From Mobula hypostoma (Eukaryota): 64,000 nt of DNA. The DNA is taken from NCBI RefSeq assembly GCF_963921235.1, contig NC_086108.1, forward strand, positions 41,356,001 to 41,420,000. Direction: 5' to 3'. Both the position numbers and the translations under genes were made by a program. The notes under the pieces were generated by a model. It had not been told where the DNA came from, ran no database searches, and saw only the letters and a list, made by a program, of their open reading frames with translations. Shown one piece after another: positions 23,352 to 36,009 of this stretch (positions are counted from its first letter, which is position 1; each line of letters begins with the position of its first letter).

Positions 23352-23524
23352 ATATAGGAGGGGACTATGTTGAAAAACAAATGTGCTAGGTTTTGTAAAA
23401 TTGACTCCCTCTACCTTAGGCCACAAACTTATCAATCACTTCTCGTCTATGACTATTAGCTTAGTTTATGGAAATTAGCTTTAAGAAATTCTAAAATGTT
23501 TCTAATGATTTCAAATAAAATGAC

Positions 23525-24612
23525 TTAACACTCTCCATTTCTGAATGCACTGCCCTCCACTCTCCCACTAAGTCTGCCCACCAAACTAAACCTCACCATC
23601 AAACCTGCAGGCAAAGGGGATGCTGTTGTAGTCTGGTGGACTGACCTCTACCTTGCTGAGGCCAGACAGCAACTGTCAGACACCTCCTCTTTCTCACCCC
23701 TTGTAAAGGATCCCACTCAGAACTTCTCCGACACCACTTCTAACCTCAATAACTCTGGGGAACTCCCATTCATTGCCACCAAACTTGTAGTTCCTTTACC
23801 TCACACTGCTCGTTTCTACCTCCTACCCAAGATCCACAAACCCAACCCGTTGTCTCTGCCTGCTGCTATCCCACTGAACTCGTGTCCACATACCTTGACT
23901 CCATTCTATCTCCCTTGATTCAGTCCCTTCTTTCTTACATCTGTGATCAATCTCCTCAACAACTTGCATTTCCCTTGCCCTGATTGCTTCACTTTCACCA
24001 CAGATCTCCACTTGCTCTACTCTTCTATTCCCCCACCAAGAAGGCCTTAAAGCTCTCAGCTTCTTCCTTGACAATAGTCCTAACCAGTTCTGTCCCACCA
24101 CCACTCTGCTCTGTCTGGCAGAACTCATCCTCACACTCAACAATTTCTCTTTCGTCTCCTCCCATTTTCTCCAGGCTCGAAGGGTACCCACATTGGTCCC
24201 AGCTATCCCTGCCTTTTTGTTGGCTACATGGAATAGCTAATATTCCAAGGCTTCCCTGGTAATTCTTCCCAGCTCTTTCTGCACTGCATTGTTGCTGTGT
24301 CCTGCACGCAATCTGAGCTCATCAATTTCATCAACTTTGCCCCCAGCTTCTGTCCTTAAATTTACTTGGTCCACTTTTGACAACTTTTGCCCCTTTCTCA
24401 ATCTCTCTTTTGCCTTCTCTGGAGACAAACTGTCTACCAATATCTTTTATAAGCCTACTGACTCCCATTGCTATATACTGTTTCCTTTCCAGTCCTAATG
24501 AAGGATCTCAACCCAAAATAGCGACTGTTCTTTGATTTCCATAGATACAGCCTGACCTGCTGACTTCCAGCATTTTGTGTGTGTTACTCTGGATTTCCAG
24601 CATCTGTAGAAT
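23525..24612 (+). mobile_element. Penelope-like element RT fragment joined to a decayed terminal repeat
   Basis: Manual translation LTIKPAGKGDAVVVW.TDLYLAEARQQLSD and ARFYLLPKIHKPN; PFLNL..SGDKLSTNIFYKPTDSH in ORF 24289..24498; decayed hammerhead AGTCCTAATGAAGG at about 24491. Confidence 0.88.
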
Positions 24613-26440
24613 TGTCCTGCAGGCGTTGCAGAGATTTCGTGACTGAGAGTCCTGGTGCAAGACTGAAAAGACAATGCTAAGAGCCACACTAAATAATCAC
24701 TTAGCTCAAGAATTGATGGTGTGTTAGGGTGCAATTCAACACAGCAAAACTAAACTTTTTCCCTTATGGAGTCACAGCATCAGGGTGAGGTACTAGAAAC
24801 AAAGCATGTATTTCCTCACAGGTAGACAATGAATAATTAGAAAGCTATTTTTCCCTTTCCTCATTGATACAGATCTTGATAATCTGCCACAAAGCAACCA
24901 CGTTGGATGCTGAGATTGGATCATCCATCCACTGTTTCAAAAATGAATATGTTGTGCATGAGCAGAGAGGTAAAAAGGAATGGAAATAAATGTTTTGCAA
25001 ATGTACAGTATGATGCTTTAAATAAAACAACATAGATCTAATTCACAGATACCAAGTCTATCCTCCAGTTAATATTGTAAAGCAGATTAGTATCCAGTTG
25101 AATGGACCCTGGAACAGAAATAGAAATTAACAATATGCATGTCGGTTGGCATTTTTATGCATTCATCTTTTGTCAATATGTAAAAATATTTGTCAATATG
25201 CAATTTGTTTTCGTATTTTAGCAAATTATTCACAAGCATACGTACAATGGGTTTGTTTTCTTTTGATATTTTATAAGTTTACCCATGTCATTGAGTAAAT
25301 AAAAATTATTGCTAAAAATTAAATGAGTTTTGTACTTCTTTGTGAAGAGCAGCAGTTTCATGAATTTCACTGAGATAGGAGAGAAGTTATACTGCACCTT
25401 TAAACGCAGTTGCATTGTTTTCAGTGGAAATTTGAAATGCTAAAACTTAAGATCAAAAGCTTAAGCAAGTATCAAGTTCTCCTATCACTTTTGTGAAATG
25501 TTTATGAACTGATTCACCTCAGGGACGCTCAGAGGGTATTTTTTAGACAAATAGAGGCACAGGGCTAGACAAAACTAATGGAGACTTCTAAGTCGCTGTA
25601 TTCAGATGAAAGGATTGAGACTGGGCAGCATGGAAGAAGTTTGCTGGTTTTCTGATCTGAAGGACCAGGTGGGGATTGATGACAGGAAATGCAATACCGC
25701 CACACAGGTCTTTGGGTACTGCACCAGTCAATGCCATATATTTTCAGTAAAATTCTGTGATTTTAACAGTTTCCTCTGAGTATTTTAAATCCTCATACAA
25801 ATGCCAATAAACACTTGTGGTTTAAAAGTTATTGAATTCGAGAATTTGTGAAATTACCTTACCTCCCCAAATCTCTCAGTATTGACTTTGAATTTAATAA
25901 GTGAAAAGCTAATTTTGAGACTGTTTATTATTCAAATCCAGTGTGAACAAACTGAACAAAGCAAACCCTAACAATAAAGTAAACTGCAGAGTCATAATTT
26001 TACCACATAAAGGACCAGCTAATAAGTCCGCACAGATAGTGAGGACATGAATTCAAATGCCATTTAAGTTAAAAATATGAGTACAGTTCTTCTGTTAATT
26101 TTTGAATTAAAACCTACTAAGTGACAAAAAAGTGGCAAATAGTTGAAAATAAATTAGTAACCTTTGGAGAGGAGAGGTGGGAGGGGATGGGGAATTTTTG
26201 ATTCTTGCTTTGTTTGAATACATCTCCAGCTTCCCACCCAAACAAATGACTGAACCACATTTTCAAGTGACCTGGCAAGTGTCTCCGCTGTATCAAACTC
26301 GGACAACAATGGATGGACAAACAGGTATAAGCTTTGTTAACTACATCATTAGGTTGGAAAGCAAATAGGACGGTTTGGTTAGAAAAAAGCATTGTTTTAA
26401 TAAAGAAAGAAATTTATATGTAACTAAAGCCACATTTTGA

Positions 26441-26526
26441 TGCAGCATAGAAATCTATACACATTATATTAATGTACATATTGTAATCCGTACATTAATA
26501 TAATCTGTATAGATTTCTATGCTGCA
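26441..26526. repeat. Inverted repeat, 37-bp arms (1 mismatch), 12-nt loop
   Basis: TGCAGCATAGAAATCTATACACATTATATTAATGTAC / GTACATTAATATAATCTGTATAGATTTCTATGCTGCA. Confidence 0.95.
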
Positions 26527-26620
26527 ATCCTGATGAAGGATTTCAGCCCGAATGTCGGGTGTTTACTCTTTTCCATAAATGCTGCCTGGCCTGCTAAGAT
26601 CCTCCAGCATTTTGTGTGCA
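26527..26620 (+). mobile_element. Short Penelope-derived element with decayed hammerhead
   Basis: CCTGATGAAGGATTTCAGCCCGAATGTCG...CCTCCAGCATTTTGTGTG; GAAA core is short one A. Confidence 0.85.
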
Positions 26621-29600
26621 GTGCATATTGAAATTTTCATTTCGTCAATTACATCTGTTAGTTAAATCAATGAAGATTAATTCTAACTAAAAATAAATGT
26701 TAAGTTATTGTCTCCACATGAATCATATTTAACATTCTGGTTCACTTCATTCAAAGGCACTAAAAACATCCTAAAAGAGTGAGGAATTTCAAGCAGAACT
26801 TTCATGCAGAGGTATATTTATTTGTTTTAAATGCTTTGTACCGAAAGCTGTCACAGAGAATGGACCACTTCCTCAGGTTGTGATGATCACTGTGGTGAGT
26901 TTTTGCTCATTGAGTTTAGCTGTATGCTCTTCAGCTTACTCTTGCTTAAAAGTAACGGTACTAGTAGAGACCTTTTAAGTATTAATAAATATTTTATCTA
27001 CTTAGAAACTTGTGAGTGCATACCAATGAGAGGAGTAAATTATTCTCTATATTTTTAATGCCATTTTCAATTATGTAAAATCAGGCCATTTGTGTTTGGT
27101 AGATGAGACACCTGATTCATAAAATTTCCTTTTTCAGTGGTAAGTCTATTTTCAGGTATAGTAACAAAACTACTGAAATGTTTCACTCTTAAATATTACA
27201 AAATAAAACAGGCAAGTGTGTTAGCAATTATGTTTTAAAGTATTGCCTGATTCCACAATGATTATGGGAGACATTATTTTTTAAATTATGCAAATAAATT
27301 TGGATAGAAAATAGAAACACAGCTTGAGAAAACCGACTGTTGATCACAACCGAGTGGAAACTGCCCACAAACACTTGAGGAATTTTCTTCAACCTTTTCC
27401 CACTTCCTTGTCTGCTGCCCCAACATAGGAAGTCTTGTCGGAAGCTTTTTATTATGTCAACCAAGTAACATTCTTCATCTGTAAATCTGGACTAATCCAA
27501 TTTATTTTCTCTTCCTTTATTTCTCTCAATGGGACATCAGCCAACTACACCCACCCTTTGGTCACCTCAGTTAACTCAGCTGACAGCATCGATCAATCTT
27601 GGGATCTTGTTCTTTTTGTGGAAGGGTTAACACAAATAGTTTGAATATTTCAAAGCGATTTTCACTGTTTTGCTTTATTTATTAATTTCTGAGATGCAGT
27701 CAACACTGGAAGGTGCAACACTTACTGCCCTATCCAATATCCTCAAGAAGGTGGTGGTGAGTCATTTTCTTGAACCACGTCCAGTGAAAGTATTCCCAGA
27801 ATGTTGCTTCAAAAGTATTACAGAATTTTAGACCCTGCAACTATGAAGAAACAGTGATATATTTTTCAAGTCACAGGGAGCCTATGATTGCTGTAGAATC
27901 AGAAGATATAAATGTTTTGAATCCCTCATTCAAAAGAATTAATAAATGAACCTCTTTATCAACCAGAATATTTGAACCTCAGGGTAATGTAGTCCTGAGC
28001 TTGTTTGCCATTGTTGGATGATGAGTTGAAGTGCTGGACAGAGCACAATTTGGGATCATGCCTTCCATCAAGAGGAAGCAAGGGCAAAAATGATACCACA
28101 GATGCTTGACTCCTTCATGGACAGTCTTTGATAAAGAGGTCAACTTCCATAACATGAGTGATCCATTAAACAAAAGCTTGTTTGCTTAGTTCAACTCACT
28201 CAATGTGTTAGTCAATTTCAATTTCTCAATCGTCACAGCTGGACAATATGGCCTAAGAAGATTGTGATTGACCAACTCATTGGGTGCGTTGAACTAAATA
28301 AACAGTCTTTTGTTTTCTGGATCATCTATGTTATTTCCCTTGACAACATTAGTAAATTAGTCTCTTTATTGAATTTGACAGGCAAAATGAATGCTAATAG
28401 ACAACATGCTGACTAAACAGTCAGGTTTCTAATAGCAAGGTGCATTGATCTGTCATAAAATGATTTATGTGCGAACTATAACAGTCCAAGATGTAAAGCT
28501 GTTTGGTTAAAACTATATTGCAATAATTTCAGAATGTATAATATTTGTTTATAATTGGAGGTGCCATTGAAATTTATTAACTCGTTGAATGATTCATAAA
28601 TTTCCTGCCATCCCACTCTGTGGGTCCAGTCTACTGAAGCAAAGCTGATAGGACCTGGCCACGTGTGTCAGCTTTAGTCTGTAGCATATCTGAACTACCA
28701 ATATCTGACCCACCCATACTTGTGGCAAAAAGTTTCTCTAGGCTGAGCTGAGTGGCAATGAACAGGCTGTCAGAGGGGTCTGAGTGTGAGGGAGGCTGGG
28801 CCCTGTCTCCATGGCAATAGGGGGTGGCGGTTGATAGGAGCTTTAATAGTTTCTATGGTGACACCCTCTGCAGGAAAATGCTCCTTTGCTCATGATATTC
28901 CTGCACCCTCCTTTTCATATCTTTCTGACTCCCCGAGTATGATGCCAGGCAACTAAATAGATATCAGCAAGATGTTTCACTCTTTTCCTGAGCATCCTTC
29001 CTGCCTCTTACAGCACCCTTGTCATTTCCGTATGCGGGTTTGCAGGGAGGATTGCTGGACTAAGTGATATTTTGGGGAGACTGCATCAGTGCCGACTGGC
29101 ATTGACACACTGGGACTTGAGCAAGATTCCAAGGGGCTGATTCTGCCTTCCCAGGTTTGCAGACAATTCAGCAAGGGCCGAGGCTTCAAGGGTTCCATTT
29201 CCACCCCTCAAGGCAATGAAGTCTGTCACCTGCTTGCTCTCCTAAACACTGGTAAGAAAGTTTGAGACCCAGTGCAAAGAGAACGTTTCTAATAGTGCTT
29301 TCCATCTGTCATCTGTCACATAGGAGCAGAGCAAAGATGGTGCCTATATAAACTCATTGCTAAAATCTTGAGTGCTAGTGCAGAAAAATAATCAGACTGC
29401 CTCATGAGCCTCTGTCTCTAGGAAAGCAAAGTATTGAACTGACATTCTAATATTCTACAGGAGGCTCCAAATGGAACACGGCATTCAGGATTGAGCACAC
29501 TAAACCAAAGATGGCATGTCAATTTTGATAGAAATATTGCAGACTTATCAGTTGATACTAGTTGGCAAAAAGTTACAGTTTGCATGAACTTGATCTGCGT

Positions 29601-29774
29601 AAGAGTTTGGAAGACTGAGGAGTGATCAAATGAAAATCATCCCAGGATTCAAGGGGATGGATATGGCGATTGTGTTTCTTTCTATTGGCAGAACCAGAAT
29701 TTGTTGGCATATTTGTAAGATTATAATTTGGATATTCCTGAAGAAAATCAAGAGTATTTTTTACATGTACAAAC

Positions 29775-30210
29775 ATAAAAGCATAAGAGAATAGGAGCAG
29801 GAGTAGGCCACTCAGCCCCTCAGACCTGATCCAACACTACGATCATGGCTAATCTACACTAGGCTTCATCTCCACTGCTCTACAGTGCCCTACAGCCTTT
29901 AATTCCTTAATCTTTCAGAAAAATGCTCGACTTCCTCTTCTAAGTATACCCAATGATCTGAGCTCCACAGACCTCCAGGATAAAGAATTCCAAAGATTTA
30001 TCAACATCTCTGAGAAGAATTTCCTATGCTTCCAGTTTTAAATAGCTGCTCTTCATTTGAAATTCTCCCACTAGTGGAGACATGTCAGCATCTACTTTAT
30101 CATGTCCCCTCAGAATCTTATGTTTTCCAATACTTCTAAACTCCAATGAATATAAATCTAATTTCTTTGGTTGCTCATGATAAAGCAATCTCCCATCACA
30201 GGAATTAGCC
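29775..30210 (-). mobile_element. Old CR1 3' fragment
   Basis: ATAGGAGCAGGAGTAGGCCACTCAGCCCCTC tail motif and downstream similarity to 37560-38030. Confidence 0.7.
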
Positions 30211-30547
30211 AGTATCAGTCATACTCAAATATAGGAACTGAGGGATGGTATGTCCATTTTATAACTGAAGAACGGAAAAGGCATGAGGGCTCTTGCTCTG
30301 GCTTAGTACTGTGCACTATTTATTACCTTAACCATCTGAGCTGTCTACGAGCCCATAATTTGCCCCTTTGATATTTCTTTTACTTTATTGGTTGATCACT
30401 TTATGTTCTAATAGATATTTTTAAGGACTTGACATTAGGTATATCCACTTCACAAGACGTCCTTTCATAGCATGTCTTTAGATGCTCCTTCTCAGTCATT
30501 GTCTGAGCTGCAGCAATGTGTTGGATTCTTACTGTCTTTGTGTTCTT

Positions 30548-30642
30548 GGAGTTGAGAGGGAAATAGATCAGCCATGATCAAATGGCAGAGCAGACTCAAT
30601 GGGCCGAATGGTCCATTCTCTGCTTCAATGTCTTATGGTCGG
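30548..30642 (+). mobile_element. CR1 3' tail
   Basis: GATCAGCCATGATCAAATGGCAGAGCAGACTCAATGGGCCGAATGG...TCTTATGGTC; matches 1420-1510. Confidence 0.8.
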
Positions 30643-30659
30643 TAACTATTGTAAAACTG

Positions 30660-31965
30660 TTTACTGATTACTTACTTATTGCCCATTATGCCAATGGCAT
30701 TTAAGGCAACAATGAAGGTCCTCCATCTCTGTCTGTTTTTGGCCACCTTCTCTATTATGCCACAGGCATGGTTCAGGGTCCTCATTTCTGCCTCTAGGTA
30801 TGGTGCCACATTGTCTTGGTCTCCCACATTTCCTCCATCTTTCAGGGGTCCAATGAAGTGCTGTCTTGATGCTGGAGTCGGCCTCTTTTCTCATCATGTA
30901 TCCAATCCATCTCCATTACCTCACGATTATATTGGCTATGTCCTGTTGACGATACTGAAGGATTAGGGCATGGTTGGAGATCTTTCTTGGCCAGAAAATA
31001 TGGAGGATCTTCCGATGGCTCATGGTGTGGAATGACAATAGCTTGGCAAGGTTGCAAGAGTGTGGACAGAACACAGCTCTGGTATAGCTTCGCCTTGGTG
31101 TGGATGCTCTACTTGATTGATCCCTCTAAGTTGCTCAATGATCTGAAGATGTTTCTAGCTTTGCTGAGTCTGCACTGGATGTCATCCTTGATCCACCTTC
31201 CTGCCAAATGATGCTGCCCGGGTAGGTGAATCTGCCACTGCTGGGTAAGTCAATGCCATATGCCTTGAAGGGAGGAGGAGACTGTACATTGTCTCATTGT
31301 CTCATGGTCTGAGTCTTTCTCTTACTGACTCTGAGTCCAACCTGTCCACCAAAGGTACACAGATGCTGAGTTTTCTCTTGCGTGTGCTGGTGTGTATGTG
31401 CTAGCAATGTGAGGTCATCTGCAAAGTCAAGCTCTTCTCAAGTAGAGAATAGAGTCCACCTAATAACCCGCTGCTCACCATTCATTGTTTGCCTCATAAC
31501 CCAGTCAATAACTAGGTTAAACAATATCGTTGACATCACACAACCTTGCCTCACTCCTGCCTTGACTTCAAAGCTCAAATTGCAATACCCAGCTGTGCAG
31601 ATAAAATTAGAAACTCTGAATAAGCTGGACAATTTTGGAAGGGAACCCCTATGATCCGAGAATTCACCGGAGGCTCTCCCTGTGGATGTTATCAAAAGCC
31701 TTTTCAAAGTCCTCAGAATTCACACACAGTTGTCTCTGCCATTCTGTGCACTGTGTGAAGATCAGGTCAACACAGCCTCTGTTCTTCCTGAAACCAGCAT
31801 GCTCCTTCCTCAAGCAGACATCGACAGCATCTGTAATCCATTGGACAATGACTTTGGCGAGAACCTTGCTGGGCACTGACAAATGTGTGATGTCATGCCA
31901 GTTGTTGCAATCACTTAGTGCTCCTTTCTTGGGGGTCCTAACAATAGCTCCCTTTGTTCACTGAT
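30660..31965 (-). mobile_element. RTE-clade LINE, 5'-truncated and degenerate
   Basis: SVPSKVLAKVI..LRKEHAGFRKNRGCVDLIFT..DFEKAFDNIHRESL; FEVKAGVRQGCVMSTILFNLVIDWVMR; KTALHWTP..RKCGRPR; (TAAG)n-like tail. Confidence 0.88.
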
Positions 31966-33102
31966 GAATGGTCACATTACTACATTCACAATCAGGAGTC
32001 CTCTTTGATAGTTCAGTATAGTGCCAAAAGTTAGCATCATTCATGGAAACTGAAACTTTTGCAACCTAAGAAGTTCACGAATATCATTCAGATAAAAAAG
32101 CCTGTCATCCTTGTCTTTTCCACCCTGTGTGTGCCTTAAGGTCATGAGCAACTGCTCTATTAACTGCTCTCTGAAAATGCCTAGTAAACGAGTGGAATTT
32201 TCACTCTGTAGCAAAGCATTACAGTTAAAATTAGACCTATCAGACCCCTATGACTGATACGACAATATCCAGCCTAATGATCTGGAAAAGCTTTCTTCAT
32301 GAACATCTGGGAATATTCCAGAATTGTAAAGGTTGTCCCACAGTGCAGTCACGTGAACTCTTAATGCTGTTCTGTCAACAAATTCACACCTATTAGCAAA
32401 CATCCCACATTCCTAATCATTGTGTCTGGCTATGAAATATTTCACATATAGGATGGAGACACCAGCCCAATTGGTCTACTGCATTAAATACTATGATGGC
32501 TTGTGATATTAGCCCACACACGGGCAAGAAAACCTGATACCATCTTCCTTCAGGGTGTGGGATGGAATGACTGTACTAAGTGGCTACAGAACTATCATGT
32601 GGGATAAGCCTACATGACATTATTACCATTAATCTACTGTATTTTTGCTGATATTTGTGATTGTGTTACCACATACGTTGCCCGTGGAGACATTCTTCAC
32701 ACTGAGGGCATGTTCCATCTTTTTTGTCACCTGCACAGAAGTTGACATGAAGAATTCTGCACTAACTCTGTGCTACCAAACATGTGACAGCTCACTGGTA
32801 TTTCAAAAGGCAAGAAATTTGAGTAATAACACCTTTTCTGAAGTAAATTGTGGTAAATTATCACCACAAACAATGAAGAGGCGAGCAAAGGTGAAGTGAG
32901 TTCAGAAGATGAGCCATGCCGGTGTGTTGAAGAATTAACACGGATGGACTGAGCATTCAGGAGGAGAAGTCGAGGCTGAGGAGTTTCAGTGTCCATACAA
33001 CTGGCCCGGGTATGAGATTGGATCACTCTGGGTCCCAAGCCAATTTGAAGAATTTGAGAGCTGCTTCGGTCTGGCATTGAAATCTGGGCCCAGAGCGAGG
33101 TT

Positions 33103-33570
33103 AAAAACGCAAACACGAGGAAATCTGCAGATGCTGAAAGTTCAAGCAACACACATAAGAAATGCTGGTGAATGCAGCAGGCCAGGCAGCATCTATAGGA
33201 AGAGGTACAGTCGACGTTTCGGGCCGAGACCCTTCATCAGGACTAACTGAAAGAAGAGATAATAAGAGATTTGAAAGTAGGAGGGCGAGGGGCGATCCGA
33301 AATGACAGGAGAAGACATGAGGGGGAGGGATGGAGCTAAGAGCTGTAAAGTTGATTGGCAAAAGGGATATGAGGCTGGAGAAAGGAGAGGATTATGGGAC
33401 GGGAGGCCTAGGGAGAAAGAAAGGGGGAGGAGAGCCCAGAGGATGGGCAAGGAGTTATAGTGAGAGGGACAGGGAGAAAAAAGTAAAGAAAGTAATTAAT
33501 TAATTAATTAATTAATTAGGGATGTGGTATGAAGGGGAGGGTGGGCATTAACGGAAGTTAGAGATGTCAC
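33103..33570 (-). mobile_element. Penelope-like element 3' end (ORF stop, UTR, terminal repeat)
   Basis: TTAACGGAAGTTAGAG corresponds to the ...SNFR* ORF end at 4538; purine-rich UTR on +; hammerhead-containing end; (TAAT)n at 33493-33517. Confidence 0.88.
33209..33244 (-). ncRNA. Minimal type-I hammerhead ribozyme, fully intact core
   Basis: Minus strand AGUC-CUGAUGA-A-GGGU-CUCG-GCCC-GAAA-C-GUC-GACU. Confidence 0.87.
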
Positions 33571-33749
33571 TGGGTGGTGTGGTCTAGGCCCAGAGCTTTT
33601 CACAGCAGCCGTTCTCAAGTCCTAGTGCAATGTACAATATACTGTTTGGACAATTTACCCAGTAGCCCAGATAGACTTGAAATACAGAGTGTCAGGATCA
33701 GAGATGAGAACAGATTTCACGTGCTCTCTACAATGTTTACCCCCATTTC

Positions 33750-34098
33750 CATGGCACTGAGGCTATGAAGACTGCCCCGGCTGCTGTGCTTTGTGCCTGC
33801 TAATATGACAAACTGATACCAAGGCTTTGGGCATACTCCGGGCTGCTCTGGGGTTCAGATCTGAGGACTCAATTTGTTTCAGAATGTTGTTGCTCACTTC
33901 GGTTGTTTGCATGATTTGTGGGTTTTTTTCCCCTTTCTCTTGCACATCAGGTACAGGTCCTTATTTTTTTTAATTGGGTTCTTTCATGTTTCTTGCTTTG
34001 TGGCTACCTGTAAGCAAACAAATCTCACAGTTGTATAAATTATACATTCTTTGAAAATAAATGTACTTTGAAACTTGAAACTTGAAACTTTTGAAACT
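33750..34098 (+). mobile_element. Non-LTR element 3' end with (TTGAAAC)n tail
   Basis: AATAAATGTACTTTGAAACTTGAAACTTGAAACT; inverse relative at 56520-56760. Confidence 0.65.
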
Positions 34099-34675
34099 AA
34101 TCTGGGGGGAAAACTAGATATGTATGAGGCATTATTGGTCATCAGCAGGATTGCATTGAACCACCTGGCTTAGTGTACCTCCACCAATAATATCAAACCA
34201 GGGAACCAACCTTGGTTGAATAAATTTACAGGAGCCTGCCACGTGCAGCGTCAGGCTGAAAGTGTAACCCAGTCTGATAAAGCCACAGCTTGGGACTGCG
34301 TGTATTTTGAGCAGTAGGATTAGAATGCTGCTGGCAGAGAAAATCAATCTCACAAACAAAGATCAAGTTTCAGGGAGAGAGGTCAACTATAACCAGAACC
34401 ACACAAGGACCGGACACAAAAATGGTGTTACTGACAGAGCAGGTAAGCAGCTACATCTCGTTTATTGAGAATTTTGATTCTTTGCATTGGGAGTATACAG
34501 TCTTGTGCAAGTGGCAGAAGGACAGATGTTTTGCAAGTAACTATGACTTGCCTACCCCGTTAGCAACTCCTTCCCAATACATCATTCCTCTATTGGACTC
34601 ATCAGCCTCCGCAGAATTCACAAAGTTAGCCATCTCGATCCCCAGTGACTGCCAAAAAGTAAATGAACTTGTACA

Positions 34676-34803
34676 AACACAAAAAAATCTACAGATGCTG
34701 GAAATCCCAAGCAACACACTCAAAATGCTGGAGGAACTCAGTGGGCCAGGCAGCATCTATGGAAAAGAGTAAACAGTTGCTGTTTCATGCCAAGACCCTT
34801 CAT
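34676..34803 (-). mobile_element. Short Penelope-derived element, decayed hammerhead, 8-bp flanking duplication
   Basis: CTTGTACA at 34668-34675 and 34804-34811. Confidence 0.8.
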
Positions 34804-35244
34804 CTTGTACAGAGCTCCAGAAGCCTTTTGACCACAGCATGAATGTGATGCAATGCATTCTACTTTACCGAAGTGCAGCTCTGACAACATTCAAGAAGTT
34901 CAACACATTCAAATCAAAAGACACAGATTGATTGCAATGCACCCCAAATCAGGTAATCAGGTACACCACCACATCACATACCAACTTCACTTTGAGGTAT
35001 CTGTATGGTCTTACTTCACTGGAAATTCTGAAACTTACTTTCCAACAGCAATGTGTGATTATCTTCATCAGAGACCAAAGATATGATTACTGAATACTGA
35101 AGCTTGCCAATGCATGACAAACACATTGGTGAAAAATGTCCTTCACTTCATATTTGTCTTTCACATTCTAATTTGTGAACTGCTGCAAAGCAGAGAAAAT
35201 CACATTAGCCTGAATAGTGAAAAAAAACTCATCCCAACTGCAAA

Positions 35245-35985
35245 GGTGTCCTGGGACAAGCACAGTTGTGTCATCACAAAGAAGGCACAACAGTGCCTCT
35301 ACTTCCTTAGAAGTCGGCATAAATTTGGCATGCCACCAAAAACTTTGCCAAACATCTATAGATAACAGTGGAGAATATTCTGACTGGTTGCACCATGGCC
35401 TGGTATGGAAACACCAATGCCCTGGTATGGAAAAACCTACAAAAGTGTTGGATTCAGCGGAGTTCATCAGAGGAAAAGCCCTCCTCTCTATTGAGCACAT
35501 CCACAAAGAGCACGGCCACAAGAAAGTAACATCCATCATCAACAATCCGGGCCATCCAGGCCATGCTCTTTTCTCACTGCTGTCAACAGAGTAGAGGTAT
35601 AGGGGCCTTACGTCCCATACTAGCAGGTTCGGGAACAGTTATTACCCTTCGACCATCATGCTCCTAGACCAGTGTGCATAACTTTGCTCAGCTCAACACC
35701 GTACTGATCAATGAACACAATTTATAGGCTCACTTTCAAGGTCTCTATAACTCATTTCCTCAGCATTATTTATTTGTTTATTTATTATTTCTTTCTTATT
35801 TGTATTGTACAATTTCTCTGCTTTTGCACATTGGTTAGTTGTCATTCTTTGTGTGTAGTTTTTTTTATTGATTCCATTGTACTTCTTTGTTCTACTGAGA
35901 ATGCTCACAAGGAAATGAAACTCAAAGTTGTATTTGGTGACGTACTGTATATGTAGTTTGGTACTAAACTTACTTTGAACTTCGT
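35245..35985 (+). mobile_element. Rex1/Babar LINE 3' part
   Basis: ITKKAQQCLYFLR..KFGM, SIINNPGHPGHALFSLL; tail TAAACTTACTTTGAACTT. Confidence 0.85.
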
Positions 35986-36009
35986 GCATTGAGTTTTTGT
36001 TACCACCAC

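Larger units (their letters stand above)
22772..23445. mobile_element. Palindromic (fold-back) mariner-derived MITE
   Basis: CGAGGGGTGATTGATAAGT...ACTTATCAATCACTTCTCG termini; long mirror arms; each arm carries a mariner transposase C-terminus (LHDRWTKCVNIGGDYVEK). Confidence 0.88.

Noticed and set aside
26441..26526. Pre-miRNA gene
   Set aside because: No recognisable miRNA; very AT-rich and fused to a TE end, better explained as an insertion by-product.
29155..29257. Possible 97-nt exon (CCCAG|GTTTGC...CACTG|GTAAGA)
   Set aside because: One frame is open but the peptide is unrecognisable and the acceptor is modest; no support beyond chance.
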